Assembly (NCBI GenBank): GCA_964522645.1
Contig: CAZFWW010000001.1
Location: 1 to 40,327 of the forward strand
DNA from: an uncultured Mycoplasmatales bacterium
GTDB taxonomy: Bacteria; Bacillota_I; Bacilli_A; UBA3375
DNA: 40,327 nt
Direction: 5' to 3'
Part shown: piece by piece, positions 1 through 9,637 of the stretch
How positions within the stretch are numbered: the stretch's first letter is position 1
Layout: every line of letters begins with the position of its first letter
Position numbers and translations under genes: made by a program
Notes under the pieces: generated by a model
Told to the model about the DNA's origin: nothing
Databases searched by the model: none
The model's input: only the letters and a program-made list of their open reading frames with translations

Positions 1-593
1 AATATGAACAACAAAAAGAAACAATCTTATCAGATATTACTTCATTAAATAGTGCGTCAAATGAAACTAAAAATGAATTAATGGCACAAAGTAACTTACT
101 CGACAAATACGAAAATGCAGGTTGTAGTGGTAATGATGTGTATGGTGTTGATTGTGCAGTTCCTCAACCCAAAATTGATATAGAAAGAGCAGACGCTCAA
201 GATCAAGCAGAATCTAATAAAACGCCAGATACTGAAGAAAAGGAAAAACCAAAAACAGAAACTGAAACAGATAATAATAATAATAATAATAATGATAATA
301 GTAATCAAGAAAGTTCTAATAACGGAACAAGTTATTATAATAAATTAAAGGCAAATCCAGATGCTAATTATATCATTGGTAAAGAAAGTGGATGGAATCC
401 TTATGCAACAAACCCAAGTAGTGGAGCATATGGAATATGTCAAGCACTACCAGGTTCAAAGATGATAAGTGCCGGTAGTGATTGGGCAACGAATATTGAA
501 ACTCAAGCAAAATGGTGTGATAGTTACGTAATGTCTAGATATGGATCATGGAGTGGAGCACGTGCTCATTGGGATAAAAATCACTGGTTTTAA
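1..593 (+). CDS. Partial (5'-truncated) secreted protein with C-terminal lysozyme-like/SLT transglycosylase (aggregation-promoting-factor-like) domain
   Basis: Frame is open from base 3 (YEQQKETILSD...) into the ORF-track protein. Low-complexity Asn/Glu/Thr linker, then IIGKESGWNPYATNPSSGAYGICQALPGSKM...SRYGSWSGARAHWDKNHWF with the catalytic ES motif. Confidence 0.8.
   Translation, partial: YEQQKETILSDITSLNSASNETKNELMAQSNLLDKYENAGCSGNDVYGVDCAVPQPKIDIERADAQDQAESNKTPDTEEKEKPKTETETDNNNNNNNDNSNQESSNNGTSYYNKLKANPDANYIIGKESGWNPYATNPSSGAYGICQALPGSKMISAGSDWATNIETQAKWCDSYVMSRYGSWSGARAHWDKNHWF
271..305 (+). repeat. (AAT)n trinucleotide microsatellite encoding the poly-Asn linker
   Basis: ataataataataataataataatgataatagtaat read directly. 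Confidence 0.85.
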
Positions 594-619
594 GAAATAG
601 TTGAAAGACTATTTTTTTT
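594..619 (+). terminator. Intrinsic terminator
   Basis: aaatagt-tgaaag-actattt followed by T-run. Confidence 0.7.
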
Positions 620-630
620 ACGTAAAAATA

Positions 631-639
631 TGTTACAAT
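631..639 (+). promoter_or_regulatory. Extended -10 promoter (TGnTACAAT) for uraA
   Basis: tgttacaat ~22 nt upstream of the ATG; RBS gagggg follows. Confidence 0.55.
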
Positions 640-661
640 AGTAAAGGAAAAGTGAGGGGAA

Positions 662-1993
662 ATGAATAAAATGAAATTTAAATATAATGTGGATGAGAGT
701 CCCGAAAGCAAAAAAGAACATATTGCACTAAGTTTACAGCACGTGTTTGCAATGTTTGGATCAACGATTTTAGTTCCAACATTAATTGGTATTGATGTGG
801 CAACTGCATTATTAACAGCAGGTTTTGGTACGCTGATTTATACAACAGTAACAAAGAAAAAAGTACCAGTATTTATTGGTTCATCATTTGTGTATATTGG
901 TATTCTATCGATGTATAATCAACTTTATGGGGCAAGTGGTGTTGGAATTGCAGTAATGAGTGTTGGATTAATGTACTTAATAATTGCTGGAATTATTTCA
1001 CTAACAGGTGTGAATTGGATTGACCGAATTTTACCGCCAATTGTTGTTGGACCTCTAATAATAACAATTGGTCTATCACTAGCACCTGTTGCAATCCAAA
1101 ATAGTGGTTTTTCGGCAGCAAATCCAGATATAAATAGTGTTATTATTGCTTTAACTTCAATTTTATGTACCGTATTCGCATTATTGAAAGGTAATAAAGT
1201 ATTAAAAATGTTGCCAATAATTTTTGGTATCTTAGGTGGATATTTAATGGGTGTTTTTCTTGGAGTAGTTGATGTTAGTACAATCTTTGCGGATGGAATT
1301 TTTAGTATCCCAACATTAAATATTCCCTTTATTAGTTATAATCCAGAAATTGATTTTAACATTGTAAGTAATAGTGTTGATGCTTCACAAAAAACAATTT
1401 CAGTTGCTGAAGTTTTAGGACTATTACCACTTGTGCTTGTAACAATTTCTGAGCACATCGGTGATCATACTGTTTCGAGTTCATTAATTGGAAAGAATTT
1501 TTTAAAAGACCCAGGATTGAAGCGAACAATTCTTGGAGATGGATTAGCTACATTTTGGGCTGGGTTTCTTGGGGGACCTGTAAATACAACATATGCTGAA
1601 AATACCGGAGTAATTATGTTGACAAAAATTGCTAGTGTATCAGTAATCAGATTAGCAGCTGTATTTAGTATCACCTTATCATTTATTACACCGCTAATTA
1701 ATTTTATTAATTCAATTCCTCCAGCTGTAATGGGTGGAATATCAATCATTTTATTTGGAATGATTGCTCAAAACGGAATTCGTGTATTAATGGAATCAAA
1801 AATTGATTTCACACATTCAAGAAATATGATTATTGGAGCAATTATTCTTGTATTTGGAGTAGGAAATGCCGTATTAACAATCGGATTTACATTTAGTGGA
1901 ATGTCACTAGCGGCATTAATTGGAATTATTTTCCACTTAATCTTACCTGAAAAAGAAGTTGCATATGGTGAAAAAGGTTTGAAAAAAGAGTAA
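662..1993 (+). CDS. uraA: Uracil permease (NCS2/NAT family)
   Basis: SLQHVFAMFGSTILVP, EHIGDH, DPGLKRTILGDGLAT and NAT motif NTTYAENTGV; many TM segments. Confidence 0.9.
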   Translation: MNKMKFKYNVDESPESKKEHIALSLQHVFAMFGSTILVPTLIGIDVATALLTAGFGTLIYTTVTKKKVPVFIGSSFVYIGILSMYNQLYGASGVGIAVMSVGLMYLIIAGIISLTGVNWIDRILPPIVVGPLIITIGLSLAPVAIQNSGFSAANPDINSVIIALTSILCTVFALLKGNKVLKMLPIIFGILGGYLMGVFLGVVDVSTIFADGIFSIPTLNIPFISYNPEIDFNIVSNSVDASQKTISVAEVLGLLPLVLVTISEHIGDHTVSSSLIGKNFLKDPGLKRTILGDGLATFWAGFLGGPVNTTYAENTGVIMLTKIASVSVIRLAAVFSITLSFITPLINFINSIPPAVMGGISIILFGMIAQNGIRVLMESKIDFTHSRNMIIGAIILVFGVGNAVLTIGFTFSGMSLAALIGIIFHLILPEKEVAYGEKGLKKE

Positions 1994-2002
1994 TGAAATC
2001 TT

Positions 2003-2033
2003 AAAAATGGAAATAAGTTATTTCCATTTTTTT
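2003..2033 (+). terminator. Intrinsic terminator
   Basis: aaaaatggaaataa-g-ttatttccattttt inverted repeat with T-run. Confidence 0.8.
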
Positions 2034-2045
2034 ACGCAATAAATG

Positions 2046-2054
2046 TGATATACT
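2046..2054 (+). promoter_or_regulatory. Extended -10 promoter (TGnTATACT) for the folate operon
   Basis: tgatatact between the terminator and the GGAGG RBS of folE. Confidence 0.55.
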
Positions 2055-2099
2055 TAATTAGAAGAAAGTCTTTATTTAAAGATACTTTTATGGAGGAAT

Positions 2100-2651
2100 A
2101 TGATTGATCAAGATAGAATAGAAAAAGCAGTTAAAGAAATTTTACTGGCAATTGGAGAAAATCCGCAACGTGAAGGACTTATAGAAACACCAAAACGAGT
2201 TGCAAAAGCATATGGGGAAATTTTTAGTGGGATGAATCAAAACAGTGATGAGATATTAAGTCGTACATTTACAAGTGATAATTCGGGAGTTGTCTTACAA
2301 ACAGATATTGAATTTCATTCAATGTGTGAACATCACCTATTACCATTTTATGGTAAAGTTCATATTGCATACTTACCAGAAAAGAAGGTAGTAGGACTGA
2401 GTAAACTCGGAAGAACTGTTGAAGTATATGCCAAGCGACCTCAGCTTCAAGAACAATTAAGTGACCAAATTGCTGATGCACTTTGGGAAAAGTTAGATCC
2501 ACGTGGGGTAATGGTTATAATTGAAGCAACACATATGTGTATGAGTATACGTGGCGTTAAAAAGCCGGGAGCCATCACAAAAACAATTGTAACACGAGGA
2601 GAATTTGATACTAACATGCAACTTCGTCAAGAAGTATTATCATTAATTTAG
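2100..2651 (+). CDS. folE: GTP cyclohydrolase I
   Basis: [42 protein letters not shown] motifs. Confidence 0.97.
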   Translation: MIDQDRIEKAVKEILLAIGENPQREGLIETPKRVAKAYGEIFSGMNQNSDEILSRTFTSDNSGVVLQTDIEFHSMCEHHLLPFYGKVHIAYLPEKKVVGLSKLGRTVEVYAKRPQLQEQLSDQIADALWEKLDPRGVMVIIEATHMCMSIRGVKKPGAITKTIVTRGEFDTNMQLRQEVLSLI

Positions 2652-2660
2652 GGAGAAACA

Positions 2661-3473
2661 ATGGATAAAATCAGTATTAAAAATTTAAAAGTTCGAGCAA
2701 ATCATGGAGTATTTGCAGCCGAAAAAGAACTTGGACAAAACTTTTATATAAGTACAACAATTTATGGAGATTTTAACGAAAGTATTTGGCATGAAGATTT
2801 AGAAAAATCAGTCCACTACGGATTATTAGCACAACATATTGCTACAGAATTTAAAAAAACAAGTTATGATTTAATTGAAACGGCGGGTTATCAAATTGGT
2901 TGGTCAATTTTAGACTACTCACCACTAATAAAAAAAGTGACAGTTGAAATTAAGAAGCCAGAAGCGCCAATAGATTTAGCACTTGAAACAGTTAGTTTTA
3001 AAACTACGTTAAAAAAATCAAAAGTATATGTAGCAATTGGTTCAAATCTTGGTGATTCAAATAGTTACTTTGAACAAGCAATTACTAAAATTAATGGAAT
3101 AAAAACAACAAAAATCACAAACCAAAGTCAAAGAATTATAACTGAACCATATGGTGGAGTAGAGCAAAATAATTTTTTAAATGCAGTATTAGAACTTGAA
3201 ACATACTTAAAGCCAACACAACTGTTAAAAAAATTACAGGAAATAGAAATTAGTTTAGGACGAATAAGAGAAATTAAATGGGGACCAAGAACAATTGACT
3301 TGGATATTTTATACTACGATACTGAACTTGTTTATACAGAAAATCTCGTAATTCCTCATCCAGAAATTCAAAAACGGAAGTTTGTATTAGAGTCATTAAT
3401 TGAATTAATTCCTAATTATATTCATCCTCGTTTAATGCAAACAAACCAAGAACTATTTGATCAACTCAAATAA
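2661..3473 (+). CDS. folK: Bifunctional dihydroneopterin aldolase / HPPK (FolB-FolK fusion, SulD-like)
   Basis: N-half: HGVFAAEKELGQNF, SVHY, LIET, KPEAP (FolB). C-half: AIGSNLGD, FLNAV, WGPRTIDLDIL, IPHP (FolK). Confidence 0.93.
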   Translation: MDKISIKNLKVRANHGVFAAEKELGQNFYISTTIYGDFNESIWHEDLEKSVHYGLLAQHIATEFKKTSYDLIETAGYQIGWSILDYSPLIKKVTVEIKKPEAPIDLALETVSFKTTLKKSKVYVAIGSNLGDSNSYFEQAITKINGIKTTKITNQSQRIITEPYGGVEQNNFLNAVLELETYLKPTQLLKKLQEIEISLGRIREIKWGPRTIDLDILYYDTELVYTENLVIPHPEIQKRKFVLESLIELIPNYIHPRLMQTNQELFDQLK

Positions 3474-3499
3474 TTAGTTGCTACTTTAAAGGAGAAAAG

Positions 3500-4075
3500 A
3501 TGTTAGTATTTATTGATAATTATGATTCATTTTCTTATAATTTAGTTCGCTATTTTGAAGAATTAAATCAAAAAATTATTGTTTTTAAAAACGATAGAGT
3601 AACAGTACAAGAGTTATTACAGATTGATATGCAGGCAATCATAATTTCTCCTGGTCCGAAAACACCAACAGATAGTGGTGTATGTCTTGAGATAATGAAA
3701 GCATTTAGCGGTAGAATTCCCATTTTAGGAATTTGCTTGGGTCACCAAATTATTGCTCACCATCATGGTTGCAGTGTCCAAGTAGCACCAGAACCGGTTC
3801 ATGGAAAGATAGCAACAATTACTCATAATGAAGACCCAATATTTAATAAAATTCCAAGTAAGTTTAAGGTGACAAGATACCACTCTTTAGTTGTTAAATC
3901 TGGAAATGAGCAGGTACAAGTTATTGCTAAAACTAAAGACAATTTAATTATGGCAATTAAGGTTAAGGGAGAAAAGACGTATGGATTACAATTTCACCCC
4001 GAAGCCTATTTAACAGAATATGGTCACCAACTTTTAGCAAATTTCTTAAAAGAAAGTGGTGTAAGTAATGAATGA
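3500..4075 (+). CDS. pabA: Aminodeoxychorismate synthase glutamine amidotransferase subunit
   Basis: IDNYDSFSYNL, ISPGPKTP, LGICLGHQ, RYHSL, QFHPE; folate operon context. Confidence 0.92.
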   Translation: MLVFIDNYDSFSYNLVRYFEELNQKIIVFKNDRVTVQELLQIDMQAIIISPGPKTPTDSGVCLEIMKAFSGRIPILGICLGHQIIAHHHGCSVQVAPEPVHGKIATITHNEDPIFNKIPSKFKVTRYHSLVVKSGNEQVQVIAKTKDNLIMAIKVKGEKTYGLQFHPEAYLTEYGHQLLANFLKESGVSNE

Positions 4076-5393
4076 AAAATATCAATTAATTAATGCTGAA
4101 TTAGACCCTGTGATAATCTTTGAACAATTATCCTCAAAAAAAGATGCAATAATTTTAGAAAGTCAAAATGAAGATAATGATTTGGCTCAAAAAACAATTA
4201 TTGTTTTTGAACCAGAGTACAGAATTTGTTATCAAAATCAGCAACTAATCGTTAATGAACAAATAATTAAGGAAGATCCGCTTGAGTATATTGATGGTCT
4301 ATTAAAACATTATCATGTTACTAATAATAATGAAGACTTTTGTGGCGGATTTGTTGGAGCAATTAGTTATGATTATGGCTTAGAACTTCTAGAAATAACA
4401 TCAAAACATCAACAAAAATATCCGCAAATTATTGGGGGAATTTATCAACAAGCAATTATGGTTGATCATCTAGAAAAAACAACAACGATGTTTCACAAGT
4501 TAGGAGATTTTACGAAACTGGAACAGATTATTGCTGATGCAAAAATGAAGATGATTGAAAAAATACAGAGTAGTCCCAAATTACAAGTTGATTATCCAGA
4601 ATATAATGAGCAAATCAAGAAGATTAAAGATTATATCAAAGCAGGAGATATTTATGAAATAAATTATACAATTCCTTACTTTGGAAAAGAAGAACTTGAT
4701 ATGTGGACTCTATATAAAAAACTTCGCGAAGATAATCCAGTACCTTATGCTGCATATTTGAATTTTAATGATTTTCAAATAACTTCAACATCACCAGAAC
4801 TTTTTTTTGAACTTAATCATCATCATATCCGTACTCAACCAATGAAGGGAACAGCACCTCGTGGTACGAATGAAAAAACTGATATGGAGAATAAAAAGCA
4901 ACTAACAAGAAGTGAAAAAGACCGCTCAGAACTTCTAATGATAATTGATTTGATGCGTAATGATATAAGTAAAATTTGTAAGCCTCATAGTGTTGAAGTG
5001 AAAAATCCATTTCAAATTAAGGAATATCCAACTGTTTTTCAACAGGTTTCGGATGTGTGTGGGATATTAAAATCAGATACAACTTTTGGACAGATAATTA
5101 AAGCTCTATTTCCGAGTGGTTCGATAACTGGTGCACCTAAAAAGCGTAGTATGGAAATAATCGATGAATTAGAAATTAAAAGTCGTAATTTTTATACTGG
5201 TGCAATTGGTTATTATAGTTTTAATCAAAATGCGTGTTTTAATGTAGCAATTAGAACAGTTGTTAAAAAAGGTGATGAATTTGAATTTTCAGTAGGCGGA
5301 GCAATTGTTTGGGATTCGATTGCCCAAAATGAGTATAGTGAATGTAAAACAAAGGCTAGAGCAATTATTAACGCTCTTGGGAGTGGACAATGA
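4068..5393 (+). CDS. pabB: Aminodeoxychorismate synthase component I
   Basis: GDIYEINY, SPELFF, PMKGTAPRG, MIIDLMRND, LFPSGSITGAPK, YTGAIGY, NVAIRT, GGAIVWDS. Confidence 0.93.
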   Translation: MNEKYQLINAELDPVIIFEQLSSKKDAIILESQNEDNDLAQKTIIVFEPEYRICYQNQQLIVNEQIIKEDPLEYIDGLLKHYHVTNNNEDFCGGFVGAISYDYGLELLEITSKHQQKYPQIIGGIYQQAIMVDHLEKTTTMFHKLGDFTKLEQIIADAKMKMIEKIQSSPKLQVDYPEYNEQIKKIKDYIKAGDIYEINYTIPYFGKEELDMWTLYKKLREDNPVPYAAYLNFNDFQITSTSPELFFELNHHHIRTQPMKGTAPRGTNEKTDMENKKQLTRSEKDRSELLMIIDLMRNDISKICKPHSVEVKNPFQIKEYPTVFQQVSDVCGILKSDTTFGQIIKALFPSGSITGAPKKRSMEIIDELEIKSRNFYTGAIGYYSFNQNACFNVAIRTVVKKGDEFEFSVGGAIVWDSIAQNEYSECKTKARAIINALGSGQ

Positions 5394-6115
5394 TTATTCA
5401 TAATTATCAAAAAGTCAAGCAAATAACTGATTTTGATTTTATTCATTATGGTTATGGAACTTTTACAACAATTAGTAAAGATACGACAGAGGAATTACTA
5501 CTTTTACATTATAATCGCTTATTAACTACAAGTAAATTTTTGCATATAGAATTGACATTATCAGGAGCAAATTTTTCCAAATTAATTAAAACGGAACTAG
5601 ATAAATTAGAAGCAGATAAAGCTTTAAAGTTTATTAATACTCCAAGTGGTTGGTTTTTAACTAAGCGAACATTTAAAAAGAAATCAAGAGTTAATTTAGG
5701 AATCGCAACTTATCGTCACGATCAACATAATCCTTATATTTATCATAAAACAGGAAATTATTTAGCAAATATACATGAACTTAAACAGGCACAAGCCAAT
5801 AATTATCATGACATGATAATTTGTAACCAAAATGACATAATCTGTGAAACCACAATTGCCAATATTTTTTGGATTAAAGATAATAAATTGTATACACCTG
5901 ACATTAGTTGTGGTCTTTTAAATGGGACAATTAGACAATTGATTTGTAATAATTTTATAGTCGATTTTGTTAAAGATGGAAAGGTTAGTGATTTACTAAG
6001 TGCAGATATGGTTTTTTTAACTAATGCGTTAAATAAATTGATGATAGTTGAAAATTATGGTCAAGCACTTGAAGGAACATTATTTAATGAGATTAAGAAA
6101 ATATTAGGGAGATAA
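5390..6115 (+). CDS. pabC: 4-amino-4-deoxychorismate lyase (aminotransferase class IV)
   Basis: YGYGTFTT, HYNRL, HKTGNY (PLP Lys), ETTIANIFW, GLLNGTIRQ, FLTNA; ATGA overlap with pabB. Confidence 0.8.
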   Translation: MIIHNYQKVKQITDFDFIHYGYGTFTTISKDTTEELLLLHYNRLLTTSKFLHIELTLSGANFSKLIKTELDKLEADKALKFINTPSGWFLTKRTFKKKSRVNLGIATYRHDQHNPYIYHKTGNYLANIHELKQAQANNYHDMIICNQNDIICETTIANIFWIKDNKLYTPDISCGLLNGTIRQLICNNFIVDFVKDGKVSDLLSADMVFLTNALNKLMIVENYGQALEGTLFNEIKKILGR

Positions 6116-6117
6116 TT

Positions 6118-6921
6118 ATGAAAAAAAATAAAAAACCAATAATCATGGGAATATTAAATGTTACCCCTGATTCTTTTTCAGACGGTGGTAATTATATCAC
6201 ACTTGATGCTGCAAAAATTCAAGTTGCAAAAATGATTAATGATGGAGCAATGATTATTGATGTTGGTGGAGAATCAACCCGTCCAGGTGCAGATTTTATT
6301 GACGCGGAAACGGAAATTGCTCGAGTTGTTCCAATAATTAAGATGATTAAAAATAATTTTAAGATCAAAGTTTCGATAGATACCTATAAAAGTAGTGTTG
6401 CTAAAGCAGCTGTTGAAGCTGGGGCAGATATGATTAATGATGTGTGGGGTAATCAATATGATCAGAAAATGTTAGATGTAGTTTTAAAGTATAATGTTGA
6501 TTACGTTGCCATGCATAATGCAAATTCAAATCATTATGAAACTGATATTATAAAAGACATGATAGATAAGTTTAAAGTAATTAAAAATACACTAGCAAAC
6601 GAAAATTTTGATTTAGATAAACTATTTATTGACCCGGGAGTTGGTTTTGCTAAAGATATTAAGCAAAATCTTGAAGTAATTAAACGCATTTTTGAATTAA
6701 AAGAATTAGAGTTAAATATTTTACTGGGTACATCGCGAAAATCAATGTTTAAAATCATTAATAAGGAAGATGAAGCGAAGAATCGTGAAATTGGGACTGC
6801 GGTTACAACTGCTTACGGAACGGAACATGGAGTAAGTATTTTTCGGGTACATGATGTTCGAAAACAAAAACAAGCTCTTGATGTAATGTGGGCAATTATG
6901 ACTGGAGAATTTGATGAATAA
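6118..6921 (+). CDS. folP: Dihydropteroate synthase
   Basis: MGILNVTPDSFSDGG, DVGGESTRPG, SIDTYK, DPGVGFAK, GTSRKS, RVHDV. Confidence 0.97.
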   Translation: MKKNKKPIIMGILNVTPDSFSDGGNYITLDAAKIQVAKMINDGAMIIDVGGESTRPGADFIDAETEIARVVPIIKMIKNNFKIKVSIDTYKSSVAKAAVEAGADMINDVWGNQYDQKMLDVVLKYNVDYVAMHNANSNHYETDIIKDMIDKFKVIKNTLANENFDLDKLFIDPGVGFAKDIKQNLEVIKRIFELKELELNILLGTSRKSMFKIINKEDEAKNREIGTAVTTAYGTEHGVSIFRVHDVRKQKQALDVMWAIMTGEFDE

Positions 6922-8140
6922 TATTAAGAAATTAATGGAATTAAATAAATTTGGAATCAAACTAGGTTTGGAAAATATGGATAAGCTTTGTCAACATTTT
7001 GATAATCCGCAAAACAAATTACAAATAATTCATATTGCTGGAACCAATGGTAAGGGCTCAACAACTGCAATGACTGCTAAATTATTAGCTCTTTCCGAGT
7101 TTAAAGTTGCAACATACACTTCACCATTTGTTAATACAATCAATGAAAATTTTCAGATAAATGGTGAGATGATTAGCGATGCAAAATTAGAAGAGTTTGC
7201 CAAAATTGTTTTAACTGCCTGTGATGAGCAAAAAATTCCTGCAACCCATTATGAAGTTTGTACAATGATGATGTTTTTATATGCATTTTCAGAACAAGTT
7301 GATTATTTAATTTTAGAGGTTGGTCTTGGTGGTCGCTATGATGCAACAAACATAGTTAAGCCTCTTGTTAGTATTATTACGAATGTATCACTTGATCATA
7401 CTAATATCTTAGGGACAACAATTGAGCAAATTGCCCAAGAAAAAGTGGGTATTATTAAGCCTGATGTTCCTGTTATAATTGGACAGAAAAATCCTCAATT
7501 AAACGTAATTTTAAATAATTTTTCTAATAAAATTATTTATGCAGAAGAACAAATTAACAAAATCGAATTGGACTACAAGCGACTTGTAACAATTGTTGAA
7601 CTTGAAAACGAACGTTATGAACTAGCATTATTTGGTGAACATCAAGCATATAATTTTGCGATTGTATATCAACTTTCCAAGTATTTAAACATAAAATCTG
7701 CAATTGTAGCAAAAATGACAAAAGAAGTAGCGTGGAAATACCGTTTTGAAGTTTTTCAGCAGTCCCCATTAATTATTCTTGATGGTGCTCATAATATTGC
7801 TTCCCTAAAAGCCCTAAAAACGGCATTAGCTGTATATAGTCCTGATGATATTCAATTGATATTTAGTGCACTTAAAGATAAAGAAATTGAAAAAATGGCA
7901 ATTGATTTGGCAAGCATCAGCAATAACTTAATTATTACTAGTTTAAATCAGACTGATAAAGAACGTGGATTAAGTGCACATGAAATTGCTGATAGATTAA
8001 AAATTCCAGCAACAATTATTGAAGATAATAATGAAGCATTTGTTCATATTTATCAAAATCCTTCTAAAGTAAATGTTATTTGTGGATCATTTCAGCTACT
8101 TCATTCCTTTGAAAAAATAACAAAAAGTTATAAAATGTAG
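6914..8140 (+). CDS. folC: Dihydrofolate synthase / folylpolyglutamate synthase
   Basis: IHIAGTNGKGST, LEVGLGGRYDATN, LDHT, EKVGIIK, ILDGAHN, CGSF. ATG 6914 preferred over TTG 6911 from GGAG spacing. Confidence 0.95.
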   Translation: MNNIKKLMELNKFGIKLGLENMDKLCQHFDNPQNKLQIIHIAGTNGKGSTTAMTAKLLALSEFKVATYTSPFVNTINENFQINGEMISDAKLEEFAKIVLTACDEQKIPATHYEVCTMMMFLYAFSEQVDYLILEVGLGGRYDATNIVKPLVSIITNVSLDHTNILGTTIEQIAQEKVGIIKPDVPVIIGQKNPQLNVILNNFSNKIIYAEEQINKIELDYKRLVTIVELENERYELALFGEHQAYNFAIVYQLSKYLNIKSAIVAKMTKEVAWKYRFEVFQQSPLIILDGAHNIASLKALKTALAVYSPDDIQLIFSALKDKEIEKMAIDLASISNNLIITSLNQTDKERGLSAHEIADRLKIPATIIEDNNEAFVHIYQNPSKVNVICGSFQLLHSFEKITKSYKM

Positions 8141-8176
8141 TAAAATACATTATAGAGAGAGAAGGAGAGGATATTT

Positions 8177-8833
8177 ATGAAAAAGTATTTAGCAGAATTA
8201 ATTGGTACAATGAATTTAGTCTTATTTGGTTGTGGTGCTGCTGTAATTGCTGGACCAGAAATTAGCAATTTAGGAATTGCAATTGCCTTTGGTTTGTCAA
8301 TTGTGGCAATGGCATATGCGATTGGGCCAATTAGTGGTTGTCATATTAATCCAGCAGTTACAATTTCTGTATATGTAGCTGGAAGAATCGAAAAAAGAGA
8401 GGCAATATTTTATGTTATATCTCAAATAATTGGAGCATTTATAGGAACATTTATTTTAGTAGCAATTACAGGTGGTACTGATAGTGGACTAGGAATTAAT
8501 GTAGTTCAAGAGGGATATAATGTTTTTAACGCTTCAATCTTTGAAATAGTATTTACATTTATTTTCTTAATTGTAATTTTAGGAGTTACAACTAAAGGAG
8601 CAGATAATTCGTTTGCTGGTATTGCAATTGGTTTAACGCTAATCGCAATTCATTTAGTAGGAATTCCAGTAGATGGTACTTCAGTGAATCCAGCACGTTC
8701 AATTGCTCCTGCACTTGTAACAATGGACGCAATAGCACTATCACAATTATGGATTTTTATTATCATGCCAATTATTGGTGGAATACTTGCAGGATTGATA
8801 TATCGCTTTAAAATTTTATCAATTGATGAATAA
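8177..8833 (+). CDS. aqpZ: Aquaporin (MIP family, AqpZ type)
   Basis: Two NPA boxes (CHINPAVT, SVNPARS); IH...GTS..NPAR filter residues of the water-selective type. Confidence 0.85.
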   Translation: MKKYLAELIGTMNLVLFGCGAAVIAGPEISNLGIAIAFGLSIVAMAYAIGPISGCHINPAVTISVYVAGRIEKREAIFYVISQIIGAFIGTFILVAITGGTDSGLGINVVQEGYNVFNASIFEIVFTFIFLIVILGVTTKGADNSFAGIAIGLTLIAIHLVGIPVDGTSVNPARSIAPALVTMDAIALSQLWIFIIMPIIGGILAGLIYRFKILSIDE

Positions 8834-8840
8834 TAACGTT

Positions 8841-8871
8841 AAAAGAATTTGAAATTTCAAATTCTTTTTTT
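8841..8871 (+). terminator. Intrinsic terminator
   Basis: aaaagaatttgaa-at-ttcaaattcttttttt. Confidence 0.75.
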
Positions 8872-8968
8872 ATAAATGTTAAAATATTTTTAAATATAAT
8901 AAGAATAAAGTAATAAATTATTAAATTTACAAAATAATTGATAGTATTTTTAATTAAAGGAGAATATA

Positions 8969-9478
8969 ATGCTGACAATTAAAAAATTAATCAAGGCAGA
9001 TTTAGATGCAAACTTATTAGAACAAGAGTTGCTAAATATTAAAAAAATGATGAAAAAGGTAGGTAACCCACAATGGGATGAATGTTATCCGTTAGTACAA
9101 GATTTTGAGATGGATATCAGTAATGGCGTTTTATATGGTTTTTATGAAAATAATAAATTAATCGGTCTTTGTGCATTAACTACTAATTATGAGGAACATT
9201 ATTACCAAAATGAACATTCATTTAAGTATTATAAACCAACAGATGATATTATTTACATTCATCGGGTATTAAAATATAATTTTGCTCAAAAATATACAGG
9301 TACAGATTTATTAAAATTAATTATCAAGGAATTTTTAAAAAACCATGATGCAATTCAAATTGATACCAATCAAGAAAATATTCCAATGAATCGAGCAATT
9401 ATTAAATCTGGTTTTAATAAAAGCGGAACCTTTCAACTTGAACATAATAAATGCTGGAATACATACGAAATTTATTGA
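8969..9478 (+). CDS. GNAT-family N-acetyltransferase
   Basis: GNPQW...YP N-terminal motif, YIHRV, IDTNQENIPMNRAIIKSGF C-terminal GNAT motif; AAGGAG RBS. Confidence 0.75.
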   Translation: MLTIKKLIKADLDANLLEQELLNIKKMMKKVGNPQWDECYPLVQDFEMDISNGVLYGFYENNKLIGLCALTTNYEEHYYQNEHSFKYYKPTDDIIYIHRVLKYNFAQKYTGTDLLKLIIKEFLKNHDAIQIDTNQENIPMNRAIIKSGFNKSGTFQLEHNKCWNTYEIY

Positions 9479-9637
9479 AAATAAGAGGATTTTAACAGTA
9501 ATATTAATTTCAAAAATTGAAAATTATATTCATATTAATCTTAAAAAGGAAAATAATTACAAAATATGTTATAATAAACTTGAGAGTTGAATTAGAGTCA
9601 AAATTTAAAAGAGAAATTACATGTATTAAGGAGAAAT

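Noticed and set aside
96..308. Minus-strand poly-Ile ORF
   Set aside because: Shadow of the (AAT)n repeat in the plus-strand gene
594..661. PyrR attenuator upstream of uraA
   Set aside because: Leader is only ~15 nt after the -10 and has no AGTCCAGAGAGG-type binding loop
2062..2092. Hairpin in the folE leader as a THF or other riboswitch
   Set aside because: Too short, AT-only and lacking aptamer consensus
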